Below are positions 56,176-64,000 of a DNA stretch of 64,000 nt, piece after piece. The first letter of the stretch is position 1. Each line of letters begins with the position of its first letter. Below the pieces are notes generated by a model. That model was not told the DNA's origin. It ran no database searches and was given only the letters and a program-made list of their open reading frames with translations. The translations under genes were made by a program, and so were the position numbers. Origin of the DNA: Amoebophrya sp. A120 (lineage: Eukaryota; Protista; Dinoflagellata); the NCBI GenBank assembly GCA_905178155.1, contig CAJINV010000002.1, forward strand, positions 5,575,709 to 5,639,708. The letters run 5' to 3'.

Positions 56176-57693
56176 CTAGCGCTCTGCAGCAACGGCACCT
56201 ACTTCAGCAAGGGGAGCAAGGTGCGTGGCCAAATTCACGTTGTTCGCAGTCTCCGCAGTGCATATCAAGTGCAAATACGTCTGAGTCTGGATGAGTCAAC
56301 GTGTTTACCATGCAGATTCCGGATGCCCCGCCAGGTCTGGAATGCCGGGGATCATCATAGATTATGTAAGGACTTTGCAATGCACATTCCGCATGCGAAC
56401 TACCGTTTCAGCCTGGCCGAGCATGGGCATCTTGTGCTACCTCCGCAGGACAAATAATTTTTGCCAGATATACAGGACTCAGTCGCAAGGTTCAGACATA
56501 TTTGCAACGCATATCTTCGCTCAACTCGCCCGATACCTCGGTCATGTCCTCTAGATCCGATAGACTCTCAGTCTCAGCAGTCTCGGCCTCGCTCGCCTCG
56601 GCCTCGCTCGCCTCGTCACCCCAAACTAGTCTCCTCGCATGTTCCCCTTCGTGGTATTGATCCATATATCTAAGCCAGACCTCCAGGTCCACTTCCGGAT
56701 CGCTTTTTCCGGCAGCCTCCAACTCTTGTTTCCAAGTCTTGAAAGTCCGCCAGCCCTCGTCCGTATGATATGCCCACTGCTTAAATTCCGTATGCTGATC
56801 CGGAAAACGTGATTGGGAGGTAGACAATGCACTTGAAAATTTGTTAGTCAAGTGAAAATACGTCTGAGTCTGGATGAGTCCACGTGTTTGCCATGCAGAT
56901 TTTAAATGCCTCGCCAGGTCTGCAAAGCCGGGGATAGCAGTTACTTATCATTTTTGTAAGGACTTTGCAATGCATATTCCGCCTGAGACTTACCGCTTCA
57001 GCATGACCGAAAATGGGCATCCTGTGCTACCTCCGAAAGACAAACTTTTGCCCGATCTAGAGGACGCAGACACGAGTTCTAACCTTGAAGACCAAGACAT
57101 ATTTGCAGCGCATACTTTCCTGCGGGGTCACGGTCCTTTCCTTATAAACCAAGGCCTTCACGCGCCACAACCAGTTGAGTAGGCTCCACCAATCCCCGTT
57201 GTAATCTATGCAAGGAAAAAGCTTTCTCCGTCTCAAACCTTTGCAGACACAGCAGTCATGAGTTTGAGTGTGATGCGTCGGACACAAGAGAAAACAACAC
57301 GGATGAAAGCCGCCTTTCTTGCATGTGCAGCGTGACAAAGAAGTGTCTCAAGGATTGCCCGTATTACAAGTTGAGACTGAGACTGATTTTTCTCGTGATA
57401 TGATCCTCGTCATCGTCATCATCATCATCGTCAGATTTTTTGGAACCGCCAGATGCTGTACTCATCTTCCCGGTCTTCGATTTCCGGCTGGTTTTCGATT
57501 TTTTCCCGCTCTTCTTGGCTTCCACCTTGGTCGCTCCGCCTTTCTTCCGGTCATGCTGAATGAAACCCGTCGGAACCTCCTCGCTTCCCTCCCAGGAGTG
57601 TGTTGCTGTGCCGGCCTTCTTCTGCAAGGCGGACACGACCGGCCCCCCCCTCCCGGGGGCAGCAACGGCGACAAGCACGATCTTCTTCATCAT
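56176..57693 (-). CDS. Putative secreted protein, paralogue 1 (4 exons, 3 IE introns)
   Basis: MMKKIVLVAVAAPG signal-like start; exons 57693-57401, ~57206-57115, ~56840-56514 and ~56257-56176 join in frame after IE removal. Confidence 0.7.
56263..56513. mobile_element. IE A-like (251 bp), DR decayed
   Basis: TATCAAGTGCAAATACGTCTGAGTCTGGA...GACATATTTGCAACGCATA. Confidence 0.8.
56846..57114. mobile_element. IE A-like (~269 bp), DR decayed
   Basis: Same subfamily as 56263-56513. Confidence 0.78.
57207..57400. mobile_element. IE (194 bp)
   Basis: TATGCAAGGAAAAAG...GATTTTTCTCGTGATA; DR TAATC/TGATC. Confidence 0.85.
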
Positions 57694-58602
57694 TTTGGAG
57701 ATTCTACTAGTTGTATCGCTTTGACTTTGTCCTGCAAAGCAGCTTCTTTTCCGTTCCTGCCGGAGTAACTGTTTTTATGTGGGTAAAAAGGTCTACTACT
57801 CACTTGAGTTTCACTGAGAGAGTGGCTTCCACGAACCTCTCGCGCACAGAAAAAAAATCTTGGGAACTGCAGCAATTGATGTAGTCACTATTGATGCTGT
57901 CTTTTCAGAATAATGCCACACTTGCAACAGAACCCTAAGCAGGCACACTTAGCTATGTGAAATTCAATCGATAGTACTATGTATTCGAGAAAAGTTCCGG
58001 CGAGCGAGCTGCTTTTTGCACGGTGTGGTCGTGGGCATGGACGAAAGTAGCTGAAAACGACTGGCACGGACGATGACTTAACTACGACTTGGGAAGTCCT
58101 GCGAGGTAGCAACTTGTGCTGTCGTGGCTCCAGCACGGTGGGATCTATGGGGATTTCTGCACGTGGTACGGATAGATCCAGGGTGGAAGCGCGAAAGCGT
58201 GGCGCATATATATACGGAATGGCTGTGATTCTTTTTTACCACAACAAAAACGAACTTTCACTTTGTCTTTACTCCACGACCACGAATAAAAACGAAATAT
58301 ATTACAACGAATAGTATCTCTGAACAAGAACGATGTTGATCACGCAGTACTATACAAGGAGGAATTCCTTATATGAAATCTGTACAAATTACATGATAGC
58401 GTCCTTCTTTCCCATCTAATTTTCGGAGGTCGAGCCATTACTACGAAACGAAGTCCTTGTATTTCACGACGGTCCTATGTGTTTTTGTCTTCCCCTGGAT
58501 CGCAGCACAAGATAGAACAACGACGAAGATCAAAAAAAACGGCGCACTTTTTGATGCGCCTGTAGCCTTTTGCGTTTTTCTAATATGCCTTTCCCATGTG
58601 TA

Positions 58603-58732
58603 TTTTTTTGTGTTTTTCTCATATGTAATTTTTTTTGTTTTTTTCTCATATGTAATTTTTTTTGTTTTTTTCTCATATGTAATTTTTTTGTGTTTTTCTC
58701 ATATGTAATTTTTTTGTGTTTTTCTCATATGT
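58603..58732. repeat. Minisatellite, ~26-bp unit TTTTTG(T)GTTTTTCTCATATGTAA x5
   Basis: Direct reading; fewer copies in unit 1 near 55120-55160. Confidence 0.85.
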
Positions 58733-61138
58733 TGAAAACTAAAATCCCAAAGGGAAGTTTGAAAAAAAGCACTGTAGCATAGCGAACCGAGCATAATTGT
58801 GAAAGCACATCCTGTGAGGGGTTTTTTGGAAAATGAAGAAGGAAGCGACTACGTGAGTCCCTAGCTAGAAATGGGCGCGGCGCGAGTGTGGATACTTCTG
58901 CCCACGGGGTCCCACATGGCGGAAGCTGGAGCACTACGACCAAGTAGCGCTGCGCCCAGCCTACCACGTGGGTGCTCCCCTAGTTAGCATTTGGTCGATC
59001 GTTTTGCGCCCGTGGGTACCGGTTCACCGCAGAAACGAAATGCATAACTAGCGTATACCACGACCTAACTAAAAACTCTACTTGCCGGCTAGTCACGAAA
59101 ACAAACATACATAATATTTATACGCGTCAATACAGGTAAGTGAAAATAGGATGGAAGGAGCGTGATTATGATTTTCATGCGAAGAGCGGGGATCTGCAGC
59201 CATAAAGACCACGTCAAAAATTTCAAGAACGATCTCTCTATGTGTCGATGTGCTGACCATGCGCTTTTTCGGAACTCAGAATTTCAATTTTTCCGTACTC
59301 GAAAGCAATAGCATTTACCCAGAACTGGATCTGTAATGCGAAAATGAATCGAAATTGAACAGCTTCAAGATGATTGATGTGTTTCGAATCTAACGAACAG
59401 CCTGTGTTTTTCTCATATGTAATTTTTTTGCGTTTTTCCAATAGGTAAAATATGTTAGCAAATTCCAACAGGTCCGACAAGATGTTCACGCCGATCCTAA
59501 CATTGCAATTTGGATAAAACTGCAACGCCCCTGCTTTTACAGTTTATTCACTATCCTTCGTCTTTTCTCCGGACGGTGAAACCTCTGAAGTCGTTTCTTA
59601 CCTTTTACACTAAAGCTTTTATCTAGTGCACAGCAGTACTATTGAGCACGCGCTTCCTCAGTTGATGCTACGACGTACAATTATTGCAGCTCATGTTTCT
59701 TGGAGTCCAAGAGGCTGCTCGTTCTCAACAGCCGGAGGCGGAACGCATAAGCACATCCCGTGGGAGAGCTCTGCCGAAAACGCTAGTATAAAAGGTATGC
59801 ACTCCAAACCAACCAAAAAAAAGAAGAAGCTGCTAAAACATCTTGCTGCAAGGTTCTTGCATGAAGGACTGTGAAAATAATGCTATCACGGGTAGGCATT
59901 TCCATCCAAAACTGTTGTGTGTTACCTGCGACGCACGCAGGCCAGGTAAGAAAAAACGGATAGACCGCATTCGCTGCAGGCTATGCAGTTCTCCTCAGGG
60001 ATGAAAGATAAAGATTTAGCAGGTCCGTGACAGAGAGATGATGGGCAATAAAGTTATTATGATGCGAAACGATTTGAGTAATTATTTGTTTGCTTGACTT
60101 TGATTGTTGTCAAGCGGAACGTGAGAACGCGCGTGAAACGTCTTTTAATGCTAGTTGAAAAATCAAAAACAACAAACTCCGTTGCTGCGATAGAAATCGA
60201 TCAATGCAATTATTTTCTCTGACCTGTAGATGAATAAAATGGAGGCGCTGAAGCTACTTGATACCCGAGAACTAAATTGATAACCTGTTATGGAACAATG
60301 TGCATTAAACTGTCGAAAAGAAGTCTTGTTGCTGCTTTTGCTGTTTATTTAAGAACTAAACTCGTAGGAAAATGAAAAGAAAATAACTCAGTACAGATTT
60401 CCTAAACCCGAGAAAGAAAAACTTCAAAACCCGTTAACCCATTGAACCGCATCGCCCCGCTCTGGTGCGGCCGTGCGCGTGCCTGAAAGTGATGGATCAG
60501 TTGTTGAATTGGGTTATTCATAAGCAGAAGATAACATCATGAACAATTGAGTGAGTACACGACATAATAAATTTACTTTCCACAAAAGCAAAAAACTAGC
60601 AGTCACAGCAATCACAGCGTAGCACTAGGTACGCTGCGAAAGATGGATCCTATCAAGCAACGCTGCTAATGATGGGTGTTGTGAAGCACTGGGTTTGGGC
60701 ACATGAAGGAGGCGAAGCAAACTGTCTGTAGCACTCATGTCCAGGACGCGCTCACTGTTTCTTTGCTGCTCAATAACGCCGTCACGTTCTTCACTTTGAG
60801 GGGACGTTTTCGACGAATTCGCGCACCGCAGCGGCAACCGACCCCGGTAGTTCGAAGGGTCGGCCGCTCTGCTTATTACATCCCCCACGGTGAAAAGAAC
60901 CTAATCCCACGAGTGCTCAAGGACAAATCCAACAAGTTGATTTGTCGCTAGCTTCTCTTTGGGCCCACGCAGCATCATGCTTTAGCGTCTCGCATGCCGC
61001 TCTCGCTCTACCCGTGGCCTTGCAGAAAAGCCATTAATCCAAAGTAAGCACGCTTTTGCTGTTGTGACTGCTAATCATGCGCCGAAACTGAGTAAAGCAA
61101 GGTAGAAAAAGTCACGGAGTAGTACCAGTTCCAAAACA

Positions 61139-63489
61139 CTAGAAAGCTGCGGCAACGGCACCTTCAACAATGGGAGCAAGGTGCGTGGCCAAATTCACGT
61201 TGTTCACAGTGTCCGCAGTGCATATCAAGTGCAAATACGTCTGAGTCTGGATGAGTCAACGTGTTCACCATGCAGATTCTGGATGCCCCGCCAGGTCTGG
61301 AATGCCGGGGATTATCATAGCAGAGAATTTTATAAGGTTTCAGATTCAATACGAGGCGACCAATACGAGCAATCGGACCAATACGAACCCGATACGAGCG
61401 CGGGCGGCGGCTCCTGCCTCCCCCCGTCGCCGATACACCCTACCCGTGCTTCCGTTTGAAAATATGTGGCCCCACGCCTGATGCTGCGATCTTCATAGGG
61501 CCTTCCCCTCTATTAAGCTGACACAGTACGGGCGCGGGACATGATGCGCGGCCGGGTTCTCGTCCCCTCTGACGGGGACGACTAAATCTCGAGAGAGAGG
61601 CCCCCCTACCTCATCTAACTAAGCTTGTTACTAGCCTGCTGAGCCCAAGCATGGAACCAGCTCGGGCGCCGGTGAATAGCGGCGATTCTTGACTCTGTCC
61701 GGCCCCTGGAGCTCATGCGGCAAAGCATAAGAGTCAGGGGCGCGATAGCAGCAGCGCTGCTTTGCGGGCGTATTTGAAAGCAGTGACGTTGCCAACAAGC
61801 GTCGGCCCGCCAGTTCTCATTCAATTATTAGTTTTTGTTTACCAAAAGGAAAAGCCGCGCCGCAGGCGCGGCGCCGAGTTTTTTTCTCAAAGTGGCGCGG
61901 CTACTTACTTTCAAAAGTTTCAAAGCGGCGCTCAAAGCGGCGCGCCGTCGTTTTTCGCGACGCCGTCGCGGTATACCAACCAATTGGGGCGGGCGGCTGG
62001 GCGGACCATCTTGGGGGTCCTGGCGCCACGTCAATACGAGGCGACCAATGCGAGCAATGAGACCAATACGATTTCACTCGATTTCTGTGTCGGTCTAATA
62101 CGACTCGTATTGTTTATAAAATTCTCTGTCATAGATTTTGTAAGGACTTTGCAATGCATATTCCGCATGAAAATTACCGCTTCAGCATGGCCGAGAATGG
62201 GCATCTTGTGCTACGAACGCAGGACAAATAATTTTTGCCAGATATACAGGACTCAGTCGCAAGATTCAAACATATTTGCAACGCATATCTTCGCCCACCC
62301 CGCCCGATACCTCGGCCACGTCCTCTAGATCCGATAGACTCGTCTCAGACTCAGTCTCAGCAGTCTCGCTCCAAATAGCCTCGTCATCAGGGTACTTGTC
62401 CCGCATCCACCTAGCCTCGCGATCAGCTGTATCAGGGTGATTTTCCCGCAGCCACAACTGCCAGATCTTCCACCGCTCTTCCTCCACGCTGGCATCACGA
62501 GACAATGCTCCTTCTCTTCGCCAGCGCATGATAGCTTCTCTGCCATCTCCCCCCTGCCTGAATCTATGACATTCGTCAAACAGGTCGGGGTGTCTATGTT
62601 CCGCGAGTTCCAATTCACGTGCCAACTTGTTGTTCAATTCATTTGATATCCAAAGTGAAAATACGTCTGGGTCTGGATGAGTCCACGTGTTTACCATGCA
62701 GATTTTGGATGCCTCGCCAGGTCTGGATTGCCGGGGATAGTACTTATCATAGATTTTGTAAGGATTTTGCGAATGCATATTCCGCCTGAGACGTACCGCT
62801 TCAGCATGACCGAAAATGGGCGTCTCGTGCTACCTCCAAAGGACAAATTTTTCCCCGATCTACGGGACGAAGACACAAGTCGCAACCTTAAAGACCAAGA
62901 CATATTTGCAACGCATACTTTCGTGTCCGGGAAGCCAACCTGGGAGCGAGGATCGGATTTTTCTCCAGGCCCAACCCAGCAAGTTCCATGCTTGGTTCCA
63001 CCAATTATCCGCACCGTAATCTATGCAAGGAAAAAGCTTTCTCCGTCTCAAACCTTTGCAGACACAGCAGTCATGAGTTTGAGTGAAGTGTGATGCGTCA
63101 GACACAAGAGAAAACAACACGGATGAAAGCCGCCTTTCTTGCATGTGCAGCGTGACAAAGAAGTGTCTCAAGGAGCGCCCGCATTACAAGTTGAGACTGA
63201 GACAGATTTTTCTCGTGATATGATCCTCGTCAGATTTGTTGGAACCGCCAGATGTTGTACTCATCTTCCCGGTCTTCGATTTGCGGCTGGTTTTCGATTT
63301 TTTCCCGCTTTTCTTGGCCTCCACCTTTGTCGCTCCGCCTTTCTTCCGGTCATGCTGAATGAAACCGGTCGGCACCTCCTCGCTTCCCTCCCAGGAGTGT
63401 GTTGCTGTGCCGGCCTTCTTCTGCAGGGCGGACACGACCGCCCCCCCCCCGGGGGCAGCAAAGGCGATCAGCGCGATCTTCTTCATCAT
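61139..63489 (-). CDS. Putative secreted protein, paralogue 2 (4 exons, 3 IE introns)
   Basis: MMKKIALIAFAAPG; same intron positions (61223-62287, 62647-62917, 63022-63220) as paralogue 1. Confidence 0.7.
61223..62287. mobile_element. IE A-like intron, 251 bp plus nested 808-bp element and 6-bp TSD
   Basis: Paralogous to 56263-56513; 1065-814 = 251. Confidence 0.85.
61321..62128. mobile_element. 808-bp non-autonomous TIR element (MITE-like)
   Basis: Perfect 15-bp TIR CAGAGAATTTTATAA; 6-bp TSD TCATAG; empty site at ~56355-56360. Confidence 0.92.
62647..62917. mobile_element. IE A-like (271 bp)
   Basis: Paralogue of 56846-57114. Confidence 0.8.
63022..63220. mobile_element. IE (199 bp)
   Basis: Paralogue of 57207-57400; DR TAATC/TGATC. 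Confidence 0.85.
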
Positions 63490-64000
63490 TTTGGCGGTTC
63501 TACTAGTATCGTTTTTACTTTGTCCTGCAAAGCAGCTCCTTTTCCGTTCCTGCCGGAAGAACTGTTTTTGTGTCGGTAAAAAGGTCTACTACTTACTTGA
63601 GTTTCACTGAGTGGCTTCCATGAGCCTCTCGCACACAGAAAAAAAATCTTGGGAACTGCAGCTATTGATGCTGTCTTTTCATCAGGGTAATATTCGAGAA
63701 AAGTTCAGGCAAGCGAGCTGCTTTTTGCACGGTGTGGTCGTGAGCATGAACGAAAGTAGCTGAAAACGACCGGAACGGACGATGACTTCACTACGACTTG
63801 GGGAGTCCTGCGAGGTAACGACTTGTGCTGTCGTGGCTCCAGCACGGTGGGATCCATGGGGATTTCTGCACGTGGTACGGATAGATACAGGGTGGCCGCG
63901 CGAAAGCGTGGCACATATATATACGGACTGGTTGTAATTCTTTTTTACCACAACAGACCACGAATAAAAACGAATACAACGAATAATATCTCTGAACAAG

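Larger units (their letters stand above)
54967..58441. repeat. Tandem segmental duplication, unit 1 (~3.5 kb)
   Basis: Colinear similarity with 58442-63999 (e.g. TACGAAACGAAGTCCTTG at both starts; ATCTCTGAACAAG near both ends). Confidence 0.9.
58442..63999. repeat. Tandem segmental duplication, unit 2 (expanded by three extra segments)
   Basis: Colinear with unit 1; extra segments ~58730-59400, ~59599-60213 and 61321-62128. Confidence 0.9.

Noticed and set aside
1-63999. Dinoflagellate spliced-leader relics, tRNA, rRNA or snRNA genes
   Set aside because: No CCGTAGCCATTTTGGCTCAAG match or convincing RNA gene seen by eye; a covariance-model scan is needed to exclude them

Overview
Eukaryotic, gene-dense genomic DNA. 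It is almost certainly from a syndinian (parasitic) dinoflagellate of the Amoebophrya type; the TAT-N7-AAA intron ends match my recollection of strain A120 and should be verified. About nine intron-split genes are present, all but one on the minus strand: an HPR/RAP-like helical-repeat gene, a Cys-rich membrane protein, a large SFL(E/Q)-motif protein, SF3A1/Prp21, a FAIM1-like protein, an ENO4-like protein, a ~3,950-aa membrane protein and two tandem secreted paralogues; the one plus-strand gene is unidentified. The dominant feature is about 50 transposon-like non-canonical introns (introner elements, IEs). Most are 157-480 bp, fall into about 10 families, and have TAT...ATA terminal inverted repeats (TIRs) and 5-bp direct repeats (DRs). 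Removing an element plus one DR restored the reading frame at every junction I checked. Beyond that known phenomenon I found five main things. (i) The same IE occurs in both orientations within same-strand genes. (ii) A TGTVATGC motif with ~32-bp spacing is shared across families. (iii) Two large long-TIR elements (1210 and 858 bp) also behave as precisely removable introns. (iv) Secondary insertions are nested inside IEs: an 808-bp TIR element whose empty site is in the window, and a poly(A) retroposon with a 17-bp TSD. (v) A tandem pair of secreted-protein genes has Trp-rich internal exons that have diverged almost completely while the IE introns bracketing them stay conserved. No transposase, RNA gene or CRISPR array was recognised. 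Coordinates were read by eye.
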